32,000 nt of DNA from Klebsiella oxytoca NBRC 105695 (GTDB taxonomy: Bacteria > Pseudomonadota > Gammaproteobacteria > Enterobacterales > Enterobacteriaceae), in contig NZ_BCZK01000021.1 in assembly GCF_001598695.1 (NCBI RefSeq), forward strand, positions 1 to 32,000. Reading direction: 5' to 3'. Shown one piece after another: positions 1 through 8,939 of the stretch; the stretch's first letter is position 1, and the number at the start of each line of letters is the position of its first letter. The notes under the pieces are model-generated. The model was not told the origin of the DNA. It made no database searches and saw only the letters and a list, made by a program, of their open reading frames with translations. The position numbers and the translations under genes were made by a program.

Positions 1-1670
1 GCAGGTTGCTCTGCGTCCGGGGCAGGTTCAGCCGGGACTACCAGCTGCTCAGCCCTGCGCGCCCGCGCCTCGGCCTTACGGGCTTCGCGAGCGGCGATGG
101 CTTCGCTATTATCCGGTTTCTCGCCGGAGAGCACGATAATCGGCTGCGCCGCGTTGCGCTGCTTTTCACGTACGCGGGCAAGGGCGGCGTTAATCGCATC
201 CTGATCTTTCGCTGCTGGCTGTACGGCTGCCTGCTTATGACGTTCCAGCCTTGCGGCTTTATCCCGTTCCAGGCGAGCCTGACGCGCCTCAAAGCGGACT
301 TTCGCTTCCGCTGCGCGTTTCTCTTCTTGCGCAATGGCGTATATCTCGGCTTTCTCCTGGCGGAAGTACTGCACCAGCGGGATATTGCTTGGACAAACCC
401 AGGCGCAGGCGCCGCACTCGATACAATCGGCGAGGTTATGGCTGGTGGCTTTGTCGTGCTGCTGCCCTTTGCTGAACCAGTATAACTGCTGCGGCAGAAG
501 ATCGGCCGGGCAGGCGTCCGCGCAGGCGCTACAGCGGATACAGCCTTTTTCCTCTTCCGGTTCGCCCATTTCGCTCGCCGAAGGCGCCAGCAGACAGTTG
601 GTGATTTTGACCACCGGCACGTCGAGCCAGGGCAGGGTGAAGCCCATCAGCGGGCCGCCCATAATCACCATCGGATCGGCGCCTGGGCAGAAACCGGCAT
701 CTTTTAGCAGATGGCTGACCGGCGTACCCAGGCGCGCCCAGACGTTGCCCGGACGCGTGACCGCTTCGCCGGTTAAGGTGACTACGCGCTCCGTCAGCGG
801 CTCGCCGTCTATCACCGCACGTTTCACCGCATAGGCGGTGCCGACGTTTTGCATCAATACGCCGATATCAGAGGAGCGCCCACCGTGGGGCACCTGTTTA
901 CCGGTGAGGATTTGCGTCAGCTGTTTTGCACCGCCTGAGGGGTATTTCGTCGGGATTACGCGCAGCGAAATACCGTGCGTGTCGGCGAGTACCGCGCGGA
1001 GCATCGAAATCGCCTGCGGTTTATTATCCTCGATGCCGATCAGCACCTGTGCAGGTTGCAGAATATGGGCAAGGATGCGAATTCCCTCAACGATTTGCGC
1101 CGCGCAATCCTGCATCAGGCGATCGTCAGCGGTGATATAGGGCTCACATTCCGCCGCATTGATGATTAATGTTTCGATTCTGTCGCCGCCCCCGCGCAGC
1201 TTAGTGCCGGTGGGGAAACCGGCGCCGCCAAGCCCGGCTACGCCAAACTGGTGAATGCGCTCAATCAGCTCTTCGCGGGATTTATTCTGGTAATCGTTCC
1301 AGCCATCGCGCTCAATCCAGCGGTCTTCGCCATCGGCATCAATAATGACGCTCATTTCCGCCAGCGCGGAAGGGTGGGCGGTCGAGTGGGGGGCAATCGC
1401 CGCCACGATGCCGGACGTTGGCGCGTGCACCGGCAGCATTCTGCCCCAGCCGCGGGTAAGCGGCTGGCCGCGCAGGACGCGATCGCCCGGCTGGACGCAG
1501 AGCTCACCTTCCGCGCCGATGTGTTGTTTCAGCGGGATGACAAAACGCTGCGGCAGGGAAACCTGACGCAGCGGGGTACCGTTAGACTGGGTTTTCATTT
1601 CCGGCGGATGAATGCCGCCGTTGAAGTCCCAGACTTTGTCTTTGCGAAATGCGGAAAATAACTTAAACAT
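1..1670 (-). CDS. rsxC: RsxC/RnfC electron-transport complex subunit C, N-terminal ~556 codons (runs off the left edge; not in the ORF track)
   Basis: My reverse-strand translation from the ATG at 1670-1668 reads [36 protein letters not shown]... and stays open to nt 1. It contains [10 protein letters not shown] and two ferredoxin-type motifs, [12 protein letters not shown] and [12 protein letters not shown]. The start overlaps the rsxB stop by 8 nt. Confidence 0.95.
   Translation of the reverse strand, partial: MFKLFSAFRKDKVWDFNGGIHPPEMKTQSNGTPLRQVSLPQRFVIPLKQHIGAEGELCVQPGDRVLRGQPLTRGWGRMLPVHAPTSGIVAAIAPHSTAHPSALAEMSVIIDADGEDRWIERDGWNDYQNKSREELIERIHQFGVAGLGGAGFPTGTKLRGGGDRIETLIINAAECEPYITADDRLMQDCAAQIVEGIRILAHILQPAQVLIGIEDNKPQAISMLRAVLADTHGISLRVIPTKYPSGGAKQLTQILTGKQVPHGGRSSDIGVLMQNVGTAYAVKRAVIDGEPLTERVVTLTGEAVTRPGNVWARLGTPVSHLLKDAGFCPGADPMVIMGGPLMGFTLPWLDVPVVKITNCLLAPSASEMGEPEEEKGCIRCSACADACPADLLPQQLYWFSKGQQHDKATSHNLADCIECGACAWVCPSNIPLVQYFRQEKAEIYAIAQEEKRAAEAKVRFEARQARLERDKAARLERHKQAAVQPAAKDQDAINAALARVREKQRNAAQPIIVLSGEKPDNSEAIAAREARKAEARARRAEQLVVPAEPAPDAEQP
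441..448 (+). other. Chi site (GCTGGTGG)
   Basis: Exact octamer on the plus strand. Confidence 0.6.
630..637 (+). other. KOPS motif (GGGNAGGG)
   Basis: GGGCAGGG on the plus strand. Confidence 0.5.
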
Positions 1671-2241
1671 GTTGTTCCACGGGAATAATGCGTACCGGGA
1701 TGGTTTGAAGATCCCATTTCCAGGTTTCTGTCGTCGCCGCCACCGGGCGCAGTTCAATACATTGCGTCGGACAAGGCGCGACGCAAAGATTACAGCCGGT
1801 GCAGAGATCGCTCATCACCGTATGCATCGCACGGGTGGCGCCGACGATGGCATCCACAGGACAGGCCTGAATGCATTTTGTGCAGCCGATGCAGTTCGCT
1901 TCGTCGATCACCGCCAGCATTCGCGCAGGTACGGCTTCTTGCGCATCGCCGTCCGTAGGCTGCGGGTCGACGTTCAACAGTTCAGCGATTTTGAGCATCA
2001 CCGCTTCGCCGCCGGGCGCGCAGCAGTTAATTTTCTCACCCTGAGTGCCTACGGCTTCCGCGTAGGGACGACAGCCGGGGTAACCGCACTGACCGCACTG
2101 GCTCTGCGGTAGCAGGGCGTCAATTTTCTCCACCACCGGGTCATCTTCCACCTCAAAACGGCGCGAAGCGTACCCCAGAATTAAGCCGAAAACCAGCCCC
2201 AGCAGGCTAATGGCAACCACGGCTATCCAGACAGCATTCAT
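1663..2241 (-). CDS. rsxB: RsxB/RnfB electron-transport complex subunit B (192 aa)
   Basis: N-terminal membrane anchor, then CGQCGYPGC and two CxxCxxCxxxCP motifs ([24 protein letters not shown]). The start is coupled to the rsxA stop (TAATG, sharing nt 2241). Confidence 0.96.
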   Translation of the reverse strand: MNAVWIAVVAISLLGLVFGLILGYASRRFEVEDDPVVEKIDALLPQSQCGQCGYPGCRPYAEAVGTQGEKINCCAPGGEAVMLKIAELLNVDPQPTDGDAQEAVPARMLAVIDEANCIGCTKCIQACPVDAIVGATRAMHTVMSDLCTGCNLCVAPCPTQCIELRPVAATTETWKWDLQTIPVRIIPVEQHV

Positions 2242-2822
2242 TACAACTTCACCAAACCACTAAAGCCCATAAAGGCGAGGGACATTAAACCGGCAGTGAC
2301 CAGCGCAATGGCATTACCGCGAAACGGCGCCGGCACATCGGCAACCACCAGACGCTCGCGGATGGAGGCGAAAAGCACCATCACCAGCGAAAAGCCGACG
2401 GCGGCAGCAAAGCCGTACAGCGCAGACTGCAGGAAATTATGCCCGAGGTTAATGTTGAGCAGCGCAACGCCGAGCACCGCGCAGTTGGTGGTGATCAGCG
2501 GCAGGAAGATGCCCAACAGGCGATACAACGCCGGACTGGTTTTACGCACCACCATTTCGGTAAATTGCACCACTACGGCGATAACCAGGATAAAGGCCAG
2601 GGTCCGTAAATAGACCAGGTCCAGCGGAATAAGGATCCAGGTATCAATCAGCCAGGCGCAAATTGAGGCCAGCGTCATCACAAAGGTGGTGGCGAGCCCC
2701 ATTCCCATAGCGGCTTCCAGCTTTTTGGAAACCCCCATAAACGGGCACAGTCCCAGAAACTTCACCAGCACGAAGTTGTTAACAAGAACGGTGCCAACAA
2801 AGAGCAGTAAATAATCAGCCAT
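2241..2822 (-). CDS. rsxA: RsxA/RnfA electron-transport complex subunit A (193 aa, polytopic membrane protein)
   Basis: [36 protein letters not shown]... is recognisable as RsxA. It is the first gene of the rsx cluster, as in E. coli. Confidence 0.96.
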   Translation of the reverse strand: MADYLLLFVGTVLVNNFVLVKFLGLCPFMGVSKKLEAAMGMGLATTFVMTLASICAWLIDTWILIPLDLVYLRTLAFILVIAVVVQFTEMVVRKTSPALYRLLGIFLPLITTNCAVLGVALLNINLGHNFLQSALYGFAAAVGFSLVMVLFASIRERLVVADVPAPFRGNAIALVTAGLMSLAFMGFSGLVKL

Positions 2823-2899
2823 TATTCGACCTGAAATAGAAAAAGCCGTCTATTATCGAATAAATCGATACCGGCGACAACAGGTTAACTGTGTGGTTA

Positions 2900-3340
2900 T
2901 TACGGATTCACAAAGGTCCGCTTAACCCGTTCAGAACGCTTGAAATAGGGAGCCAGCAGCGCCGCAGCGAGAAGGGGAAACAGCAGCTGGCGCAGCGCCA
3001 GAGCGTCTGATATTGGGGAAAAGGCAAATGCTTTTACCGCCAGCAGAAGCGTAATCAGCAGCCAGATAATGTAATGCTTTGGCACCCCTTTCCGCCGCTT
3101 GAAAAAGGCAATGGTCAACCACAGCGTGTAGTACCACATGGCGATCGCGAAGGCCAGCGAAGCAATCCACAAGGCGAGATGTTCAGTACTCATATTGCGC
3201 AGCAGGGTATAAGTCTGGGAAGACATCAGAGCATCAGCAAAAAACAGCAGCGACAATGAGGCGCTAAGCAGGGCCACCAGGAGCCATGCCAGCGGCGCCA
3301 GAAGCCATCCGCCAATACGTTCCACAGAGTCAGAGGACAT
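2900..3340 (-). CDS. ydgK: YdgK-like inner membrane protein (DUF2569, 146 aa)
   Basis: Hydrophobic multi-TM protein with the same length and position (between cnu and rsxA) as E. coli YdgK. Confidence 0.85.
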   Translation of the reverse strand: MSSDSVERIGGWLLAPLAWLLVALLSASLSLLFFADALMSSQTYTLLRNMSTEHLALWIASLAFAIAMWYYTLWLTIAFFKRRKGVPKHYIIWLLITLLLAVKAFAFSPISDALALRQLLFPLLAAALLAPYFKRSERVKRTFVNP

Positions 3341-3420
3341 TATTACTCCCGAATTTAACGCCAGTTATCAATAAAAGCAGGGCCGGAAGTATAAGCAACT
3401 GGCGTGAATGATGACAGTCT

Positions 3421-3636
3421 TTATTGCACGTAGCGCCAGACGGACTTGGGCACCTCGCCAATGTTGAACAATTTGCCGCCAGAAACCAGCTCCGCCCGAC
3501 GATGGTCTGCGGCGCGATACATGTTGACGATCTCTTCGTTATCGGTCAGGGAATAGTTAAGGTGATCAAAAAGTTTTTCCAGACTTTCCAGCGTGCTGAT
3601 TTTACGAAATTTTAATAAGTAGTCCTGAACGGTCAT
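3421..3636 (-). CDS. cnu: Cnu (YdgT), Hha/YmoA-family H-NS-binding modulator (71 aa)
   Basis: The 115-aa track ORF is over-extended. The internal ATG at 3636 gives [32 protein letters not shown]...[17 protein letters not shown]...VWRYVQ, the same length and pattern as E. coli Cnu. Confidence 0.9.
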   Translation of the reverse strand: MTVQDYLLKFRKISTLESLEKLFDHLNYSLTDNEEIVNMYRAADHRRAELVSGGKLFNIGEVPKSVWRYVQ

Positions 3637-3826
3637 TTGCGTATCCATTTTATAATCAGAATAATTTAAGTTGAATATACCCATTCTGTGTAAACCTGTT
3701 CTCAACCGGCCGTTCCTTTTTTTCAGTAAACTGTATGGAATTATTTCGGTTGTAAATACCCGGAACAAGAACAGATGATGTTTCTGGCCTGGTAAAGAGG
3801 AATTTAAGAGTATTCCAGAACTGAAT

Positions 3827-3846
3827 CAGGCGCCGGATGGCGCCTG
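3827..3846 (-). terminator. GC-rich hairpin just downstream of the GH1 stop (candidate terminator, REP-like sequence)
   Basis: CAGGCGCC-ggat-GGCGCCTG: 8-bp stem, 4-nt loop, 10 nt after the stop at 3857. The trailing U-tract on the minus strand is weak (attcagttctgg). Confidence 0.4.
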
Positions 3847-3856
3847 GGAGAGAAGA

Positions 3857-5227
3857 TTAACGCTGTTCGCCTCGGCTGGCAATAACGTTTTGGTACCAGA
3901 AAAAGCTCTTTTTACGTTTACGCGCCAGATTGTTCTGATGATCGACATAAACAAAGCCGTACTGTTTTTTATAACCGTTGAGCCAGCTTAATAGATCAAT
4001 AAAGGACCAGGGATAATAGCCGCGCACGTCAGCGCCCAGTTCCAGCGCTTTTTCCAGCGCAGTTATGTGGCTATTCAGATAGTCAATACGCGGGTCGTCG
4101 ACGATTTCGCCATCGATGATCGGGTCAATGGCCCCGAGTCCGTTTTCGGTGATGTAAATCGGTATGTCACCGTAGCGCGCTTTAATCATCATGATCCCGT
4201 CGGTTAACCCCTGAGGCCAAATTTCCCAGCCCCATTCGGTATAGGTACTTTGCGGGTTGCGTACAAAATAGAACAGCCCGTCGACGCCGGGTTCGCCGCC
4301 GGTCGGAACCTCCGGGGGCTGCGCTGAGACGGTTTCGCGGCGGTAGTAGTTCAGGCCGATAAAATCACAGCGGTTTTCACGCAGCAGCGCATCGTCGCCC
4401 GCTGCAAAAGCCGGAACGCCCCACAGCGCCTGGGTTTGTTGCAGGAGCTCTTCAGGGTATTGACCTTTTAGCACCGGATCGTAAAGCCAGTGGGTGTGAA
4501 TAGCATCCGCCATCGCCGTCGCTTGCATATCCTCCTCGCTGTCGGTTAAAGGGGTATGCGGCTGCAGTACGTTGACAAAACCTATCTGCCCCTCGACTGC
4601 CATTTCACGAAACGCTTTCACGGCCAGCGCATGGGCGATAAAGACGTGGTGGCAGGCCTGAATCGCGCGCGCAGGGTCGCGCACCGCTGGCGGGTGGATG
4701 CCGTTAATATAGCCATGCCCGATAAAGACGATAGTTTCGTTGAAGGTCGCCCACAATTTGACCCGCGAGCCGAAGCGCTGATAGCAGAGGCGGGCGTACT
4801 CAGCGAACGCTTCCGCCGTACTGCGCGCTTCCCAGCCGCCTTCCTCCTGCAACGCCTGCGGAAGATCCCAGTGATACAGGGTGATCATCGGTTCAATATT
4901 ATGCGCCAGCAGCTCATCAATCAGATCGCTGTAGAACTGAACCCCAGCCTCGTTAACCTCGCCGCGGCCTTCGGGCAGCAGACGCGGCCATGAAATTGAG
5001 AAGCGATAGCTTTGCAGACCCATTTCCGCCATCAGCGCAACATCTTCGCGAAAGCGATGGTAATGGTCTACGGCGATATCGCCGGTGGTGCCCTGAAAAG
5101 TGGTGCCTGGGAGATGGGAGTAGATATCCCAGATAGAAGGGCCTTTGCCGTCGGCATCGTGTCCGCCCTCAACCTGCCAGGCTGCGGTAGCGGCTCCCCA
5201 TAAAAAATGCTGCGGAAATCCGGACAT
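3857..5227 (-). CDS. Glycoside hydrolase family 1, probable 6-phospho-beta-glucosidase (456 aa)
   Basis: GH1 hallmarks: FLWGAATAAWQVEGG, acid/base WATFNETIV, nucleophile IYITENGLG. The C-terminal SWLNGYKKQYG resembles the S..K.Y phosphate-binding signature of phospho-beta-glycosidases (from memory). AAGGAG lies 7 nt upstream of the ATG. Confidence 0.9.
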   Translation of the reverse strand: MSGFPQHFLWGAATAAWQVEGGHDADGKGPSIWDIYSHLPGTTFQGTTGDIAVDHYHRFREDVALMAEMGLQSYRFSISWPRLLPEGRGEVNEAGVQFYSDLIDELLAHNIEPMITLYHWDLPQALQEEGGWEARSTAEAFAEYARLCYQRFGSRVKLWATFNETIVFIGHGYINGIHPPAVRDPARAIQACHHVFIAHALAVKAFREMAVEGQIGFVNVLQPHTPLTDSEEDMQATAMADAIHTHWLYDPVLKGQYPEELLQQTQALWGVPAFAAGDDALLRENRCDFIGLNYYRRETVSAQPPEVPTGGEPGVDGLFYFVRNPQSTYTEWGWEIWPQGLTDGIMMIKARYGDIPIYITENGLGAIDPIIDGEIVDDPRIDYLNSHITALEKALELGADVRGYYPWSFIDLLSWLNGYKKQYGFVYVDHQNNLARKRKKSFFWYQNVIASRGEQR

Positions 5228-5234
5228 GAAGAAA

Positions 5235-5256
5235 CTCCTTATCGATTGATAAGGAG
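5235..5256 (-). promoter_or_regulatory. Hairpin in the GH1 leader that pairs the Shine-Dalgarno sequence
   Basis: The minus-strand RNA reads CUCCUUAUC-AAUC-GAUAAGGAG-UUUCUUC-AUG. This is a perfect 9-bp stem whose 3' arm contains the SD AAGGAG and whose 5' arm is the anti-SD CUCCUU. Confidence 0.55.
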
Positions 5257-5280
5257 AGTGTAATAAAACCCTGTACCGCC

Positions 5281-5309
5281 ATGCAACCGGTTTCAGAAAC
5301 CGGTTGCAT
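5281..5309. repeat. Perfect 29-bp palindrome between blr and the GH1 gene (candidate operator or RNA hairpin)
   Basis: ATGCAACCGGTTTC-a-GAAACCGGTTGCAT has 14-nt arms, each holding the self-complementary octamer AACCGGTT. The minus-strand TTGCAT in one arm could serve as a -35, with TATTAC 15 nt or ATTACA 16 nt downstream. Confidence 0.6.
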
Positions 5310-5330
5310 AGTTGCGAAGCGGGTCACTGT

Positions 5331-5480
5331 TTATTTCGCCAGCGGCTTCGCCTGAACAGTATCAACGGTAGGTGGGGACTGGTAGTTATCAATATGATGA
5401 GCGATAACTAAAAGCAGGGCTGAGACGCCCAAAACAATCCAGCCAATAAGTTCTACAATACGGTTAAAAACGTTTTCCAT
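5331..5480 (-). CDS. blr: Blr-like small membrane protein (49 aa)
   Basis: The track ORF is over-extended. The ATG at 5480 gives MENVFNRIVELIGWIVLGVSALLLVIAHHIDNYQSPP..., with a single TM helix. It shares the core (IEL.GWIVL...HIDNYQ) and position with E. coli Blr as I recall it. Confidence 0.8.
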   Translation of the reverse strand: MENVFNRIVELIGWIVLGVSALLLVIAHHIDNYQSPPTVDTVQAKPLAK

Positions 5481-5664
5481 AACTCTGTAGCAAATTGTGA
5501 AACCAGAAGGAAATGGTACTTGAGGATTGAAGTAACGCAAGTGTTACATGAACTTAGTTGCGCAAATGACGTAATGCTGCGCGATAACGCGGGCAACATG
5601 CGTTAACAGAGGTCTTATCCGCAGCGTAACTGGGACACCGTTATTCTCGTTAAGGGGGTAAAAA

Positions 5665-6705
5665 ATGAGTGATGCTATCCGGGTAGGATTAATCGGTTAT
5701 GGCTACGCTAGCAAGACCTTTCATGCGCCGCTAATCAGCGGTACGCCAGGGATGACGCTGGCCGCTGTGGCCAGCAGTGATGAAAATAAAGTGCATGCCG
5801 ATTGGCCTGCATTGCCGGTGGTTAGCGGGCCAGAGCGGATTTTGAACGACCCCAATATCGATTTGGTGGTGATCCCGACCCCAAACGACACCCATTTTCC
5901 GCTGGCCAAGGCCGCGCTGGAGGCGGGCAAGCACGTAGTCGTCGATAAACCCTTTACCGTGACACTGTCACAGGCGCGTGAGCTTGAAGCGCTGGCAAAA
6001 AGCGGCGGGCGGCTGCTGTCGGTATTCCATAACCGCCGCTGGGACAGCGATTTTCTGACGGTAAAAGCGCTGATCAACGAAGGGCTACTGGGGGAAGTAG
6101 GATACTTTGAGTCTCATTTCGATCGCTATCGACCGCAGGTGCGTAATCGCTGGCGTGAACAAGGCGGACCGGGGAGCGGCATCTGGTACGATCTTGCCCC
6201 GCATCTGCTGGACCAGGTGGTAAATCTCTTCGGCCTGCCGGTTAGCATGCAGGTTGATCTGGCGCAGTTACGTCCGGGCTCCCAGTCCACCGACTATTTT
6301 CATGCGGTTTTAGCCTGGCCGCAGCGTCGTGTCGTGCTGCACGGAACTCTGGTCGCTGCGGCGGAAACGGCGCGCTTTATTATCCACGGTTCGCGAGGAA
6401 GCTATGTGAAATACGGTCTCGACCCGCAGGAGGAGCGGCTGAAAAGCGGCGAACGCCTGCCGCAGGAAGACTGGGGATACGATATGCGCGACGGGGTGCT
6501 GACGCGAGCGGAGGGCGAGGACATAACCGAGGAGTCGTGGCTAACGCTGCCGGGTAACTATCCGGCCTATTATGCCGCTATTCGCGATGCACTTAACGGA
6601 AGCGGCACTAATCCGGTTCCGGCAAGCCAGGCGATTCAGATTATGGAGCTGATTGAGCTTGGCCTCGAGTCGGCCAGACATCGAACGACGCTGTGTCTGA
6701 ATTAG
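5665..6705 (+). CDS. ydgJ: YdgJ, Gfo/Idh/MocA-family oxidoreductase (346 aa)
   Basis: MSDAIRVGLIGYGYASKTFHAPLI... with an N-terminal Rossmann fold. It is full-length collinear with E. coli YdgJ. Confidence 0.93.
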   Translation: MSDAIRVGLIGYGYASKTFHAPLISGTPGMTLAAVASSDENKVHADWPALPVVSGPERILNDPNIDLVVIPTPNDTHFPLAKAALEAGKHVVVDKPFTVTLSQARELEALAKSGGRLLSVFHNRRWDSDFLTVKALINEGLLGEVGYFESHFDRYRPQVRNRWREQGGPGSGIWYDLAPHLLDQVVNLFGLPVSMQVDLAQLRPGSQSTDYFHAVLAWPQRRVVLHGTLVAAAETARFIIHGSRGSYVKYGLDPQEERLKSGERLPQEDWGYDMRDGVLTRAEGEDITEESWLTLPGNYPAYYAAIRDALNGSGTNPVPASQAIQIMELIELGLESARHRTTLCLN

Positions 6706-6742
6706 GTCATCCCCGCGACAACAACCGCCCGGCGTTGAATGA

Positions 6743-6761
6743 CCCCCGTTTATCACGGGGG
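6743..6761. terminator. Hairpin between the convergent ydgJ and add genes (possible bidirectional terminator)
   Basis: CCCCCGT-ttatc-ACGGGGG, a 7-bp stem. There is no clear U-tract on either strand. Confidence 0.35.
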
Positions 6762-6767
6762 AGTCGA

Positions 6768-7769
6768 TCAAGCCTGCTGAACGCGCTGCATCAGCGCTGC
6801 TTTTTCCCCGGCGCTTAAAAAGGCGAGTTCCAGGCCGTTGATCTGCGCCTGGCGAATCTGCTCGCGGCTCAGGCCGGCAGCCGGGGCGGCAACCGTATAT
6901 TCGTGGATAATATCGACGCCCTGGACGGCGGGGTCGTCGGTATTAATGCAGGCCAACACGCCGTGCGCGAGGAAAGTTTTCAGCGGATGCCGGGCCAGCG
7001 ACGGCACGGTGCTGGTCTGGATATTGGAGGTTAGACAGGACTCAATGCCGATGCGCTGCGCGGCGAGATAGTCCATCAGCGCCGGGTCCTGCACCGCCTT
7101 CACGCCGTGGCCGATGCGTTCGGCTCCCAGCTCGCGAATGGCCTGCCAGATGCTTTCCGGACCGGCGGCTTCGCCTGCATGGACCGTGATCCGCCAGCCC
7201 GCATCGCGCGCGCGGCGGAAGTGCTCCATAAACAGATTCCCCGGGAAGCCAAGTTCATCGCCGGCGAGGTCGAGGGCGGTAATGCCGTCGCGGTGGGCGA
7301 GCAGGGCTTCGAGCTCTTCCTCGCACGCCGCTTCGCCGAAGGTGCGGCTCAGAATACCGATCAGACGGGCTTCAACGTTAAAGTCGCGGCTGCCTTCTTT
7401 TACCCCAGCGATCACCGCTTCGACGACGCCCGCTACCGGCAGCTGGTGGGTCATCGCCATATAGCGCGGAGAGAAACGCAGTTCGACGTAATGCAGTCCG
7501 TTGCGCGCGGCATCTTCAAGGTTTTCATAGGCAACGCGGCGGCAGGCATCCAGAGAAGCGAGCATTTTTACACCCCAATCCAGCTTAGAGAGGAAGCTGA
7601 CCAGGTCGGGCTCATTGCTGGTGACCTGTACATGAGGACGTAATGTTTCGAGCGTATTTGCCGGAAGTGCGAGGTTATACTGGCGGCCAAGATCGAGAAT
7701 AGTTTGGGCCCGGATATTACCGTCAAGATGGCGATGGATGTCGGTTAATGGCAAAGTTAAATCAATCAT
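6768..7769 (-). CDS. add: Adenosine deaminase (333 aa)
   Basis: Metal and catalytic motifs [21 protein letters not shown] and [11 protein letters not shown]. It is collinear with E. coli Add. Confidence 0.96.
   Translation of the reverse strand: MIDLTLPLTDIHRHLDGNIRAQTILDLGRQYNLALPANTLETLRPHVQVTSNEPDLVSFLSKLDWGVKMLASLDACRRVAYENLEDAARNGLHYVELRFSPRYMAMTHQLPVAGVVEAVIAGVKEGSRDFNVEARLIGILSRTFGEAACEEELEALLAHRDGITALDLAGDELGFPGNLFMEHFRRARDAGWRITVHAGEAAGPESIWQAIRELGAERIGHGVKAVQDPALMDYLAAQRIGIESCLTSNIQTSTVPSLARHPLKTFLAHGVLACINTDDPAVQGVDIIHEYTVAAPAAGLSREQIRQAQINGLELAFLSAGEKAALMQRVQQA
7442..7449 (+). other. Chi site (GCTGGTGG)
   Basis: Exact octamer on the plus strand. Confidence 0.6.
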
Positions 7770-8041
7770 GGTCGCACTCTTTTTTTAGTTAAAGTGCGCG
7801 TCATTGTACATCAGAACGATAAATGGTTAAAAGAGGAGAAAAATACCGAATAAATCAATGAAAAAGGGAGTGGTGAGGAAAGATTCCCCTCTCTCTGAGC
7901 CGCATGTCGCATTCGCTCATAGCAAAACGCTATTAATCATAGTGAATCAGTATTTAATTTCGCCCGTGTGATTTTCTATAGTCTCTGGCGCTGGTTTTCC
8001 TGCAATGAATGGCAGGCTATTTTAAAAAGGACCCTGGGAAT

Positions 8042-8857
8042 ATGATCTTTATGTTAAAAAAAATTGCAGTACCGCTGGTTGTCGCAGGCTCGCTGCTGCT
8101 GGCAGCCTGCAAACCTGGTGAGCAGGACCCTAACCACATCAAAGTGGGCATTAGCGCAGGCGTTGACCAGGAGGTCTGGGCGGTGGCGCAAAAAGTGGCA
8201 AAAGAGAAGTACAATCTCGACGTCGAAGTGGTGACGTTTAATGATTTCGTCCTGCCCAACGAAGCGCTGAACAACGGCGATCTTGATGCTAATGCTTTCC
8301 AGCATAAGCCTTATCTGGATAAACAAATTCAGGAGCGCGGCTATAAGCTGGTTCAGGTTGGCACGACGTTCGTTTATCCGATTGCCGCCTATTCGAAGAA
8401 AATCAGTTCGGTCGACCAACTGCCCGATGGCGCGCAGGTGGCCGTTCCCAACGATCCAACTAACCTCGGACGCTCGCTGCTGCTACTGCAAAAGCAGGGG
8501 CTGATTACATTGAAGGAGGGCACCGGTCTGCTGCCCACTTCGCTTGATATCATTAATAACCCGAAAAACTTAAAAATCGTCGAGATTGAGGCGCCGCAGC
8601 TCACCCGCGCGCTGGACGACCAGCAGATAACTATGGCGATAATTAATACCACTTTCTCAAGCCAGGTGGGCCTGTCACCGTCGCGCAACGGCCTGTTTGT
8701 GGAAAGCAAAGATTCGCCCTACGTCAATATCTTTGCCAGCCGCATCGAAAACAAAGATAGCGAAAAGGTAAAAAATCTGGTGAAGGCCTACCAGAGCGAT
8801 GAAGTGGCCGCGGCGGCAGAACAGCTTTATAAAGGCGATGCGGTTAAGGGCTGGTAA
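8042..8857 (+). CDS. MetQ/NlpA-family substrate-binding lipoprotein (methionine-binding-like)
   Basis: Lipobox LLLAAC after a signal peptide. The mature part (DPNHIKVGI...VTFNDFVLPNEAL...DANAFQHKPYLD...VAVPNDPTNLGRSLLLLQK...SPYVNI...YQSDEV...AVKGW) closely parallels E. coli MetQ. The start is ambiguous (ATG 8042 or 8051), and the track start at 8009 lacks an SD. Confidence 0.85.
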   Translation: MIFMLKKIAVPLVVAGSLLLAACKPGEQDPNHIKVGISAGVDQEVWAVAQKVAKEKYNLDVEVVTFNDFVLPNEALNNGDLDANAFQHKPYLDKQIQERGYKLVQVGTTFVYPIAAYSKKISSVDQLPDGAQVAVPNDPTNLGRSLLLLQKQGLITLKEGTGLLPTSLDIINNPKNLKIVEIEAPQLTRALDDQQITMAIINTTFSSQVGLSPSRNGLFVESKDSPYVNIFASRIENKDSEKVKNLVKAYQSDEVAAAAEQLYKGDAVKGW

Positions 8858-8909
8858 TCGTTTCATACCCGGTATGGCGTCAGCCGCCGACGGGCAAGCG
8901 CATATAACG

Positions 8910-8934
8910 GCCGGTAGCGTGCTACCGGCTTTTT
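8910..8934 (+). terminator. Rho-independent terminator after the MetQ/NlpA-like gene
   Basis: GCCGGTAG-cgtg-CTACCGGC (8-bp stem) followed by TTTTT. Confidence 0.75.
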
Positions 8935-8939
8935 GATGG

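Noticed and set aside
6-2112. Plus-strand ORFs of 100-166 aa (6-485, 334-834, 838-1140, 1251-1661, 1612-2112)
   Set aside because: They lie antisense to the clearly recognisable rsxC and rsxB genes. Their products are Arg/Ala/Gly/Pro/Cys-rich and low-complexity, as is typical of antisense frames in GC-rich genes.
7858-7971. 37-aa plus-strand ORF (MKKGVVRKDSPLSEPHVAFAHSKTLLIIVNQYLISPV) in the add / metQ-like intergenic region
   Set aside because: The only SD-like sequence (GAGGAG) is about 20 nt upstream, which is too far. I cannot check conservation, so I treat it as a chance ORF in a promoter region.
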